Below are positions 27,847 through 39,719 of a stretch of DNA of 64,000 nt, piece after piece. This DNA comes from Carcharhinus amblyrhynchos (taxonomy: Eukaryota). The DNA is taken from assembly GCA_965287045.1 (NCBI GenBank), contig OZ336876.1, forward strand, positions 49,352,001 through 49,416,000, in the 5' to 3' direction. Position numbers and translations under genes: made by a program. Every line of letters starts with the position of its first letter. Position 1 is the first letter of the stretch. The notes under the pieces were generated by a model that was given only the letters and a program-made list of their open reading frames with translations, was not told where the DNA came from and did not search any database.

Positions 27847-28129
27847 TTTTTTTTTTGTTTTTTATTCCAATTAAGTCCAATTCAGAGCCTCAACAAGTTG
27901 AAACATTCCCGATCCAAGCTGACAAGGCAGGGCTCTCACCGCTTGTCTTGGGCTTCATCTACATGATCCCAGCTGCTTGGAGTAGGCATTGCTCCTCCTC
28001 CAAGGCTTGATCTCATTTGCCGCTTTTAAAAATTGTTTCAAATGAAGCTAAAATGTACCCTAATGACTTCAACCACGCACAACATGTCGATACTACACTT
28101 GACCTTAGCCAAAAGGCTGAGAAGTTGAT
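27847..28129 (-). mobile_element. Candidate U2 snRNA-headed SINE-like retroposon
   Basis: U2 head, then a ~220-nt non-U2 body with tandem hairpins, AATAAA (27861-27866) and an A-rich tail (27847-27860). No clear TSD. Confidence 0.65.
28089..28129 (-). pseudogene. U2 snRNA 5' fragment (nt 1-40)
   Basis: ATCAACTTCTCAGCCTTTTGGCTAAGGTCAAGTGTAGTATC versus U2 ATCGCTTCTCGGCCTTTTGGCTAAGATCAAGTGTAGTATC. Includes stem-loop I and the branch-point recognition sequence GUAGUA. Confidence 0.92.
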
Positions 28130-29000
28130 CTGTACATCAGAAGAATATTTATTTAGAGGACATAAACATCAAGTATGATAAATGGGCATTTGTCTCCTTT
28201 CCTAACAGCTAATCTGGATTCCTAGAGAAGTGCATTTGGTAAATATCGCTTTCTCATTTCGTTAGTAATATCAGTAAAAATGATGCTTTTGTCTCTGTAG
28301 AGTAATAAACGCTGCACCTAAAAGAGGTGCAACAATAGAATCACAACAATTATACACTGAGTGGACTGGATAGTGAGTTGAGTGATGGTCTATCTTCTTC
28401 ATCATGAAGAAAACCCAAGTCAAACCCTCTGTTGAAAAAAAATGGTGCTCTGCCCATTTAACCCAATTCTACAAAGATTCAGCATTCTCTTTGTTAAAAG
28501 CATTCAGTTCCTTAGCTTGACATAATACAAAACAAGTGACCAATAGAACTGTAAAAGCTGAGAGAGGAGTAGCAATCTTCAAAGGTCCTGCTCTTGTTGT
28601 CACTACCAGAAAACATAATGACTGTCACAGGGTTCAAAGCACTGTGTTGTGTGTCCTGGACAATAAAAGATTCAATCACTAGTCTGTTGTGTCAATCAAT
28701 ATCAAAAAACTAGGGCAGCGGTTGCAGCTTTATCTTAACATCCAGGGTTAAACAAAAAGGGAGAAAATAACCAGCTGAGTTTGTGTTACTGGTTGCTAAC
28801 AAGGAACTTGTGCTGGAACTCTTGTGTTTAATGCCACTACACCAAAAAATCTCTTACCCGCTTTTTCTTCTAGAACTTCATCCCAACTGTCACCAAAGGG
28901 TAAAAATCCAGAGGAAATTTATTTTCTCATCAACAACTCCAAAACATCAGCTTACTGCTGGCAAAAATGGCAAAGTGCAAAGATAATATAACCAACTCAC

Positions 29001-29113
29001 CTATGCTTTTGCATTTCTCTTTCTGTGTTTCTTCGCTGCATCTCCCTCGAGTCTTCAGCAATTTGTACATTTGTGACCAATGATGTCCCATCTCTTTGGA
29101 GCGTAACCAATCG
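29001..29113 (-). CDS. DRC1: DRC1 exon 3
   Basis: 113 nt, tgaag|CGA...AG|gtgagt. RLVTLQRDGTSLVTNVQIAEDSREMQRRNTEREMQKH(R). Confidence 0.92.
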
Positions 29114-30379
29114 CTTCAAAAATTAAAAGAACCATCAATCACTTATGGTTCCAAACTAAAGTCCCTAACACTATCTCCCACAACTGACATGAGAACAACT
29201 TTGATTTATAAAGGAGATTTACAAATGAGATGCAGATTCAAAACAGTCATGAAGAGCTTTGAGGGAAAACAATACATAGCTAAAGAGCTAATTTTGGTGA
29301 GTCTTTTCAAGGAAAGGAATTAGCAATATGGAAGAGAACAGGAAGAAGTTCTATGGAGGTAAAGCTAACTAAAACAGATTAAGAAAAAATATTGAGTCCC
29401 TAGAATTTAAAACACTTTACTGAATGAGAATTTGTGGGCAAACTAAAGGAGAAATTAATATAAAAGATTTAGAAAAGAGAGAAATTTATTTACACAAAAT
29501 TGTGAGGATGTGGAACTCACTTTAGATTTAGTATTTGAGGCAGAAAATATGTCAACTTTGAGAAAAGATTGGATTGGTGAATGCTTGTTGAAGGCAGACC
29601 TGGAATGAAAAGCAGGTACCATCACCAGGGGAAAGAGGAAATATAAGCAGCACAGTCGTACCTCCACATGGCGCTTGTGAACTGGAAGTCAGATGTCAGC
29701 CACCTGATTTCCTCCCAGTCAGCAGCCATGCTCTGAGCTGGCTGCCTCACATTCTGGGCCACATTTGATTTTGCAATTGTCCTGGAATGCATGCATTGTA
29801 GCATTCACATACTATATTTAATACTTCCTCACCATGCAGCTCACACTCTGGCAGTATGTCTGACGTATGTCTCTACACATCGCACAAGCAGCCAGGAGCA
29901 GGTACACTGTGCATATACATCCCCTCTACCAGAATCAATAGTATGCACAGAGGATGCATGAGAAAAATGCAGTTGGTCTCTCCTCACTATTATCTAACAC
30001 AAGAGAGATCACAGCACCTACACTGTACGAAGAGGCATCCACCCCTTTTGTATCCATTGCACTGTACAAGCATTGTACCCATCTCCCAATATACTTTTAA
30101 ACAGCAGGAACAGTTTGTCACACTCCCTTGTCCAAATCCACAATACATTCTTTCCCAGTGAATGAAGTACTGATAAACGTTTATTGATATACACTTACTG
30201 CAGTCATTCACTAAGCCTAAAAAAGTCTCAGTCTCAAGTCTTTTCATTTCTTGCTTTACTTACTCTTTTAGACATGGGGCACTAGACAGGAACTGCAATA
30301 AACTGGTCTTGCATTCCTTTTGTATGTTGGGTCTGTGTCTTTGAATAGGTTTGCAAGTTTGGTGATCATGTCATCTTGC

Positions 30380-30700
30380 GAATCTTACTTCTACACCCAG
30401 AAAAGCTCATCCCAATTGAACTTAAATGTTGTTAACCAGTTTCTTCCTAACAAGGCTGGTTTTTCATCCTTCATTACAATGATGGACAATTTTATACATT
30501 GTTTCTAGTGTGTGATGGGAACCAATACACATCCCATTGTGGAAATTTTCTCACATTCATAACTTCAGCTGATGTTAACTCAACTTTTGACAGTATAGTG
30601 ATTCAGGAGTCACACGAATTGATGCCACATGCCAACCTTCATGTTTACTGGAGCTCCATCCAACATTATTTGGGCTGCAATGCCCTGCAAATTTAAACTG
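30380..30700 (-). mobile_element. Ancient Gypsy protease remnant
   Basis: Minus strand reads LSIIVMKDEKPALLGRNWLTTFKFNWDE, the LLGRxWL retropepsin C-terminal motif. Extent uncertain. Confidence 0.55.
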
Positions 30701-31759
30701 GACATCTTTGTATTTCAAATTTTATGGCTCTCAAATCAACCTCTCATTGACCTGGTGCTGTTCAACAACCATACGCTGTGACTGCCATCTTTATCGGCCA
30801 AGGTTTTCTCTGTTATTCTTTTGATGTGTGTTGGCAAGATGCCCCTTCTTCTTGCAGCTCTAGTACTCTAACTTAACACTTGGTAAATTGTGTGCTCAAT
30901 GTTGGTCTAAGTACTAATAATGGGCCTGCTCAATTTCTCTGCGTCTATGAACTGCTGCTTTTAGGATCTCAACTGTTTACTCAGCTGAGGCTTATTTACT
31001 TCTGCAAAAGCTGTCATGTTCTAGCTGCCCAGTAATACCTGCTGATGCAACATCTTCAAAGATCACTCCAGCCAATGGATAAAATGCTTTTTCAACAAGT
31101 CGGGATTTTAAAATCTTGCTCTCAGCAAAATAAAAACTTGTAGTTCCTCTACTAGTTTGCTAGCAGCTTCACCATCCCAAATTTTTTTTTGGCTAGGGGA
31201 TGCACAGTCCCACCTTGTTGCCAGACCATGATAACGTTGCTGGGTACTAACAGGACAGTGTGCAGGCATGTGACGTGAAGTACCCCCTGAATGCCAGACT
31301 AGGCAGGTATGTCGCACACAGACACACACTATTACAGTAACAAAGGCATGGATGAGGGTTTCAGTAGCTGTGCAATTATAGTAAAAATTCTGACTGCAAC
31401 CCCACCTTGATATCCGTCAAGTATAATACAATTTCTCACACAGGCCTACACTACGCAGGTTTAGAATGGGCTATGCAAAAAACTGATACCCACTTCATTA
31501 GCCAAGGCAGAATTATTTAAGAAAGTAATGTGTTATCAGAGACAACATAGTGCCACAGATTCAAAGTCAATGGGGTGGTAAAATTGCAATCCATTGCATC
31601 ACAGAATACATGTTATTTTATTTTTTCTGTGTCATAAAAGTCACTCACAGCAGAATCAATGTGCTATGGTTGAGTAATGAATGTAAAATATCAAGGTAAA
31701 GCCAACTAAAGGCTGGAGGGTGAACACAGACAGATGTATGTTAACATTAAATGACTGAC

Positions 31760-31847
31760 CTGATGTGAGTCTAGAACTTGCTTGCAGCCTTTTCCTAGAT
31801 CCTCTTTGACCTCCTCTTCAACACCATAAAGTCTCTCCATTTCTTCC
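31760..31847 (-). CDS. DRC1: DRC1 exon 2
   Basis: 88 nt, ttttttccag|G...CAG|gtcagt. EEMERLYGVEEEVKEDLGKGCKQVLDSHQ; phase 2 to phase 0, as required. Confidence 0.85.
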
Positions 31848-32689
31848 CTGGAAAAAAGGATTTGATCTTTGTTGTGTGGTTCTTTTAAATATAACAGACA
31901 AAAACGTAGATAAGGTTATCTCTTGTCACTTGTTTGTACCACTCCTCCACCCACATCCCTCTTACCCTTGCCAAAATGACTTCTTCAGGCCAAAGTCTGA
32001 TTTATGTGCCAAGGAATCACGTAAGTATAGCCCTTTTTGATCTGTAGTGAAATGCAAATACTTCTCAGCAACACCAAATGGAATTATTAGACTTCAAGTG
32101 GGTAGAAACATTATTTTTTCCTTTGTTTACTATCCATTACCATCAAACTATGGAGAAATACATTGATTTAATATCACCAAAATGACCTCAGCACTCAGTG
32201 CAGTTAGTGTATGTAATATGAAGAGAAGCAAAGGACTATAGCAGTGCCTCAGAAAGCATTTTCTAATTTGGCCGCACACTAACTCACCACCACCTTCTCA
32301 AGGGCAATTATGGTTAGAGAACAATGTCTGACCTTGCCAGAAAAAGTCTATATCCCATGAACGAAGATATATTAAAAGCTTTTGAAAGTTACCATTACAC
32401 ACACACTCAACAATTCTGCCACTCACTCGTGCCCTCCTTCTACTCCACCCTATCCCCAGATTCAGCTCATTGCCACCATTGCACCTTTCATGAGCAGCTC
32501 GTTACTTCTTGGCTGATACCACCCATGGTTGCTGAAAACAAGCCACCTACTAGGGAATAGATGCTCAGGCCCTAGGGATTTAGACCTTCACGGACTGGGG
32601 AACATAGTCTCTTCTACGAGTGGATGCTCGGGTAAAGCCAGAATCCCCAAGTAGGGCACCCCCTCAATTCCAAGAAGCACAGACTTGAA

Positions 32690-35430
32690 TGGATTTAATA
32701 ATTGGTCCAGCTATTCACTGCCAGATCTGGCTCAACTACATAAAATATTATTGGATCTTGCTCTCATCTACCAAATCAGTTCACTATTCTAGGATCATCC
32801 TGGAATGCAAAGGTAACTCCAGTTTCTTTTCTCTTTTGCAAATCCTTTTTAAACCAGTCTCCTCCAATCTCACTAACCATAATTGTGAGTTTTGTCACTC
32901 AGAATGGAACCATCTGATCAGCTACCTCTGCCACTTCCCTCTCTTCCAACAACCCATTGAGCCTACCTGAGCCCTGAACTCTCGTGTTTTATTTTTCTCC
33001 TATATTCCTTTATGCTCTCTCTAAAATCAATTTATTCATGAGGCCATCTTCATGTTCCCCCATCCCTATTCCAACCAGCCTGCTGATCATTCAACCTCTC
33101 TTCCAGATTGTCATATTAGTCAATATTGTTAACAATTCTCTCTCTTTTCAAATACCACTTCCTCTCCTGCAAACCTCTTATTATCCCTCTCCTTAGAAAC
33201 ATCGACCCATCCATGCAAGCTTCCATCCCAACTTCAACCTTCCTTTCTTCTCCAAAGTCTTTGAAAATGCTCTTGCCTCCTAAATTCAAGGCTATCTTTC
33301 CCGAAACTCTATATTTGATACCCTGCAATCAAGTTTCCACTCCTGCCACAGTACTGAAATGACTCTTCTTAAGGTCACGAATATTGTTCCACGTAACTGT
33401 GACAAAGGTAAACTATCCCTCCTCAATTTTCTTGATATGTCTGCAAGTTTTGACACGAACAATCACCACATCATCCACCAACACCTTTTCTCTGTCACCC
33501 ATTTCCATTCTTAACTATCCAGTACTGCAATAGCCAGGAAATTACCTGTAATGGATTCTCTTCCAACTCCTGCATGGTTGCCTCTTGGTGTCCCTCAAGA
33601 ATCTATCCACGGCAACCTCTTATTTATCATTTACATGCTACCCCTCTGCAACATCATCTAAAAATGCAGTATGTTTCCACATGCATGCTGATGACATCTA
33701 GCTCTATCTCAACCCAATTCTTTCAATCCATTCACCATTTCTAAATTGGCAGATTCCTTACCCAAAATCAGTAGACAGAACATAGAAAAACTACAGCACA
33801 AACAGGCCCTTCAGCCCACAAGTTGCGCCAATCATATCCCTACCTACTAGGCTTACCTATAACCCTCAATCCTATTTAGTCCCATTTACTCATCCAAAAG
33901 TCTCTTAAAAGACCCTATCGAAGCTGCCTCCATCACTACCGACAGCAGCCGATACCACGCACCCACCACTCTCTGAGTGAAAAACTTATCCCTGTCATCT
34001 CCTCTGTACCTACTCCCCAGCATCCTAAACCTGTGTCCTCTTGTGGCAGCCATTTCAGCCCTGGGAGAAAGCCTCTGAGAATCCACCCGATCAATACCTC
34101 TCAATATCCTATATACCTCTATCAGGTCACCTCTCATCCTTCGTCTCTCCAAGGAGAAAAAACCAAGCTCTCTCAACCTATCCTCATAAGGCATGCCACC
34201 CAATCCAGGCAACATCCTTGTAAATCTCCTCTGCACCCTTTCAATGGCTTCCACATCCTTCCTGTAATGAGGCGACCAGAACTGAGCACAGTACTCCAAG
34301 TGGGATCTGACCAGGGTCTTATAAAGCTGCAGCATTATCTCCCGACTCCTAAACTCAATTCTTCGATTGATGAAGGCCAGTACACCATATACCTTCTTAA
34401 TCACATCTTCTACCTGTGAAGCCAATTTGAGAGTCCTATGAATCCGGACCCCAAGATCCTTCTGATCTTCCACACTGCTAAGAGTCTTATCCTTAATATT
34501 ATATTCCTTCATCCCATTTGACCTGCCAAAATGTATCACCAACATTTATCCAGGTTGAAGTCCATCTGCCACTTCTCCGCCCAGTCTTGCATCCTATTTA
34601 TGTCACGCTGCAACTTCTGACATCCCTCCAAACTATTCACAACACCTCCTACACCACCTACATAGTTTCCTCCATTATCTCTGTACCCTCCGCCACAAAC
34701 AGCGTTCCCTGCCAATTGTATTGCTCTCCCTGGCTTTTGTCTGAGATGATTCACATCATTCACGCCACATTTGATTCTGAAGAGAGCTTCCAGCCACATA
34801 TCATCACTAAGATTGCCTAATGTTACCTGTGTCATATTGCCCAATTCCAGACCTGGTCAGTTCATCCACTGCTAAAACTCTCATCCATGTCTTTGTTACC
34901 CTAAATTTGACTATTCCAACACATCTCTAGCAAGCCTCCCATTTTCCATCTTCTGTAAACTTGAGGTCATTCAAACCTCCTCTGTCCGTGTCCTAATTTG
35001 AAACAAGCTATGTTCATCCATCATCCCTAAACTCAGTCTTTCAGACTAGCAACACGCAAATTTTAGAATTCTTACCATTGTTTTCAAATTCTTTCATGGA
35101 TTTCATCTCCCTATCCTTAGAACTTCCTCCAACCCCAAAACCCTTTGAAATCTTGTTCCTCCAATTCTGGACTTGTGAACAACACAATTTTATCTATTCC
35201 ATGATTGGCACTATGTCTTCAGCTGTCACGGCTGTAAGGTCTAGACTTCTTCCCTCCCTCAATCTCTCCACCTTCGAGTGCTCTTTCCTTCTTTAACATG
35301 TTGTTTAAAACGTTATGATGAAGCTCTTGCTCATCTATCGTAATATCTGGTGTCGAACTGTGTTTGATACCACTCCTGTGGACCATTATGAGACTCCATT
35401 AAAGCTGCCATCTAAATACAAGTTATTGTT
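32690..35430 (+). mobile_element. Decayed L2-type LINE interrupted by a CR1
   Basis: LQSSFHSCHSTE, FLDMSASFDT, GVPQES and HADD motifs at 33320-33700. The sequence resumes after 34660 and ends with an ataaatacaagtt-like tail near 35420. Confidence 0.75.
33777..34658 (-). mobile_element. 5'-truncated CR1 (HER1-like) LINE
   Basis: ORFs 33886..34545 and 34536..34844: LQRDINRMQDWAEKWQMDFN, LYKTLVRSHLEYCAQFWSPHYRKD. Tail at 33777. Confidence 0.92.
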
Positions 35431-38400
35431 TTTGGAGAGATGACTGGATCATCTAAGTGCAGCACAAGAAATTCAGTACACCTGAAGGCAAATCTAGGAA
35501 AATATTCCAAATACTGCAATATAAAAATAATCTATCAATCAACAACATCCCATAGCTAAACTCTCATCTTGGAACCCAAAGCTGACATTAAAAATCCAAG
35601 TGGTACTGCATTCTCTATTCCACACAACCAACCAGGAACAATCAACTAATTCTTCTACGTAATGGAAATTTTGATGTAATAAAATTACAATTACACTAAT
35701 TAACAATGGAAACAAGAAAATTTAATTAAAGGTGAAGCCAGTTGAGAATACTCGACGGAATTAACCTCCAAAGAACCTGAAGTGTAATTGGAAATATTAT
35801 ATACGCATCTCGAATGCTGCAGAAGGTAAGCGACTACACAAATAAAATCATTGCTTTGTCATTAAAACTGCAAGTTACTTTGAAAGCTACTGTACAATAA
35901 CAATCAATATATAAACCATATTCAAGCGCACATTTTATATTTCATTCTAGTTCATTGGATAGTTGGTTCCAAATATGAAATTAAATTTATGTGATTACTG
36001 AAACTGGATTCCAACAATAAAGATATCTGGGAAACTTCCAGCATTTAATACTGGCAAATCTTGACTGAAAACTGAAGGTGCTTTTGATTAAGAAATCTCA
36101 GCCAATTATTGTTTAGATTGAAAATTACAAATTCCAATATGCAGATCAATACATTGACCGAAGCTGGTACTTGGGATAACTTACAACACAGACTGCATTA
36201 TCAAATATATGCATCATGAAGCTCGACAGAACAAAATTATTGTGTACGAACTGTGGTAAAAAGTAATACACAGCTAGATGGTCTCTCTGGTAATGAGATT
36301 TCTAACTCAGCCACAGGGAAAAACATTACATGCTGAAAAGTAAAGCATTCATTCACAGACCATCATCTCAGGTGCCTGGATTATATCCTAGTAAGATTGG
36401 TGAGATTAAAGACTTCAGTTTCTGTTGGCTTTACTGGTCCGATTTGGAATGAACATGCACGAGTGAAAGCACTAATCCTGCTCATCTCATTCAATAAGGA
36501 TGAGCTATGGGGAAAATGGAAAGGCATGCTCTCAGGCTCTAGGAAGAGAATATGCTAAAATATGGGAATAAAATAGGAAATAAAGGCACCCATCACTCTG
36601 TGTTTCCCCAATGTTATATCTGATCTTAGAGTGTTTGATGGCAACAGTAGGCAGCAAAAAATAAACACGCATCCTGTTCACCAATGCAGACATTCAAAGA
36701 AAGAACAAAGATGAGCACAAAATTTCACCAGAAAGAAACCCAAACTATGCAGGGGCAGACATTCACTTGTTTATGCTTGTATCAATGCAGTCAAACTAAC
36801 ACAAAAGGTTGGAAATTTTAAATGGGTTTCATCAAAAGCTGCTTGTACGTGTTTTCCACAAATGTGTGTGCCAGTTCAAGATTTAATTCACACACTAGGC
36901 AAAATGGCCATCGCCCCTGGTCAAAATTGCAAGATTTTATCAACTGTGAAGGCTCTTCAAATTGTGCTATATCATTACGCCACTAAAACTGACAGCCACC
37001 TCAGGAGTCAGTACGTGTGCTACTGAAATCCTTAAATTGCCATCAGGGATTCTCCTCTTTTATAAAGGACACAACACCAGGTTATAGTCCAACAGATTTA
37101 TTTAAAACCACAAGTTTTCGTAGTGCTGTTCCTTCATCATAGCCACCTTCTACAAAGGAGGCAGAGCTGCTGAGGCAGTCCCAGAACGCAATCACTGCTT
37201 CCCATAAGGACTGGCAATTTCTGTGACAAACTTCCCCTTTCCCAATGTCAATTTAAATCTGGAATTAAGTCATTGGGATCTCTGGGTGTGGGACAGCAAT
37301 GATATAAGTAACCAAACACATTAAAGTATTCTTAGCAAACTAAGAAGTTAAAAGGACTGATATTTAAAAATTCAATCTAGGTAGTGAAGATGATGATCAT
37401 GATCAAATTGGGAGAGAAACTAAAATGTAAACTTTATTTTTTAATGTTTTAAAATGTTGGATATTTCTTACTGTGGAGACATTTTCACAAATATATTAAC
37501 TTTGCAGGAGCAGTGAAGGTGGTTAGTGGCCATTATAAAGTTAGTATGCCATTAAAAACCCAATTACACTTCATTATTTTTTCAAAGATTCTTACAGTGA
37601 AACAAACAGCATAAAAGGGAAAGTCTGACGCAGAAATCATCAGCTTTCTTCGAGGTCAGCACTGAGCACAATTGCTTCACGATTGATTGCAAAATACAGA
37701 ATATGCAATTAACCATGCACCAATCAATCAGATTGCTTATGGATGCAGAAAAATATATCCTGATCACAAAATGCTCATTTTTGATGTTAAACCTATTTTC
37801 AGCTAAACTGAACTGAACAGCAATATGTTATCCTCTTTTAAATGCACCAATGAATACTTTTTAATGGGAAGCATTATGCAGCTAAATTCTGTTACACTGC
37901 CTCATTGCACTGGAAAATGTTGTTTGAGGTTATGTAAGTAAATTTAAGCAGAAACTTGAATTGCAATGGATCAACACAATTTTGAATGTTTTTGCTATAA
38001 TTCCATTTGTGCCCAAAGTGAAAAGTCGACTTCATCACATTTAAAATGGTACATTTAGACCTCGAAAAATAATAAAGCAATAACTACACTAGATAGGCTA
38101 GAAAATATTGATGAAAATAAACTAAAAGTAATCAAATTACAGCACGTACAAACATTCAAACCAACAGGATATTATTATTCATTCACACTTCTATCTCGTA
38201 AATACAACACATTCTCAAGGGCAATTAGGGGTGTAATAAATGCTGGCTTAGCCAGTGACACGCATCCCTTAAATTAACAAAAAAAACCACACAAACTATG
38301 AACCATCTAAATTTAAAAGTGCTTGGAACTAACCTCTTTCTATGCCCTTAAATGATCAGGGATATATATGCACAGGAGTGGCCATAGATTTATATGGTGG

Positions 38401-38542
38401 TTAGGATAATTTATTTTGCCTTACAATCAAATATATGGCATGTTAAAAATAGCATCATATTAACTGGAAAATTTCAATGATCAATCATTTAAAATGTTTT
38501 ACATTAATACGCCCTTATTGTGCACATATCTCATCTAGAATA

Positions 38543-38644
38543 TGATGTAGAGTTGCCAGCGTTGGACTGGGGTAGGCACAGTAAATAGTCTCACAACAAA
38601 TAAACCTGTTGGATTTTAACTTGGTGTTGTGAGGCTACTTACTG
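38543..38644. mobile_element. 102-bp Penelope-end insertion with an internal inversion and 11-bp TSD
   Basis: catctagaata at both 38532-38542 and 38645-38655. Same family as 53394-53706. Confidence 0.75.
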
Positions 38645-39438
38645 CATCTAGAATACGTTTAATGTTTCGTATTTACAATATTTTAAAATCCCTTCTGAAC
38701 GTCAAAACTACTAAATTTGTTTGTTTAATCAACGAAGAGTTCCAAAAAAAAGTTAATATTACTAAACAAATGGTACTGTACTATTCAGCATCCGGCTGCT
38801 TTAATTACACACTGTATCATGCTCTTAAGCATTTCCTGCAGAATATACATTACATCAACTGATCAGAAGTTCCACCTTTGTGTTTTTTTTGTACATTGCA
38901 TATACTATATTTGTATTATTCAGTCATGCGGCTTCTGAAATATTAATCAGAGCCAGGTCTATTTATTGTCCTGTCCTTGGAGATTTTTGTTGGTATCTCA
39001 GTTGGTCCAGGTGTCGTTAACGATTTTGTCCTTACAATAGTTCCCTTACCTTAATTACCGATGCCTGCTGGTGTTTGGGGGATTTCTGCGTTGAATTTAA
39101 CTGAACTGGAATTTATTTATATTTTAAAATGTGTTAAAACTGACAGGGTGTGCAAGGTTAATGGTTCTCCCGTTTCCTAATGCTCTGAAAGGGGCTGGAA
39201 ATTCATATCAGTGAAACCAGCAGGAGCTGCCTTCGCGGGTTTAGATTTTTTATTATTTTGTTTGTGAGGCTGAAAGTGCGAACTGGAGAAAGTTTCAGTG
39301 AGCGAACGGGGCCAGTAACTTCCTAAGCAGTGCGAAGGCGGGGGGAGGGGGTGGGGATGGGGATGGAAGGACAGATCGGAGCGGGCCAGCTCAGTCCCGG
39401 TACCCAGGGAGCTGCCGGCCTCGCCTCGCCGCTCTCAC

Positions 39439-39563
39439 CGTTTCTTCTCCACCAGCCGCTCGGCGATCCGCAGCCGGCGGGCGGCGATCCTCTCCTCGGG
39501 AACATCCGAATTCACGCTGAGGACTTTCTCCTCCTCGACCTTGGGTACGAGTGGGTCGGACAT
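39439..39563 (-). CDS. DRC1: DRC1 (dynein regulatory complex subunit 1, CCDC164) coding exon 1
   Basis: Kozak GCCCACCATG. MSDPLVPKVEEEKVLSVNSDVPEERIAARRLRIAERLVEKK(R); donor CG|gtgaga; 125 nt. Confidence 0.93.
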
Positions 39564-39654
39564 GGTGGGCGGCGAGCGGGGGGCTTCAGCGGGACCGTGT
39601 CCTTGAACCGGGGGCCAGCGCCGGAGTGGGGAGCCTGGGCGGGTGGTAGCTGCC

Positions 39655-39719
39655 GTCGCCTGGAGACCGCTGGTTGCCAAGAAACCACCGTCGCTAGGCG
39701 ACGCCGGTTGCTAGGAGAC
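39655..39719. promoter_or_regulatory. Array of four RFX X-box motifs
   Basis: GTCGCCTGGAGAC (39655-39667), GTTGCCAAGAAAC (39673-39685), GTCGCTAGGCGAC (39690-39702) and GTTGCTAGGAGAC (39707-39719), 92-156 nt upstream of the ATG of a motile-cilia gene. Confidence 0.85.

Noticed and set aside
28089-28129. Functional U2 snRNA gene
   Set aside because: Only 40 of ~190 nt are present, with no Sm site or 3' stem-loops and no evident PSE or 3' box.
39564-39680. N-terminal extension of DRC1 implied by ORF 39435..39680
   Set aside because: It starts at a TTG inside an X-box, whereas the ATG at 39563 has a strong GCCCACC Kozak context.
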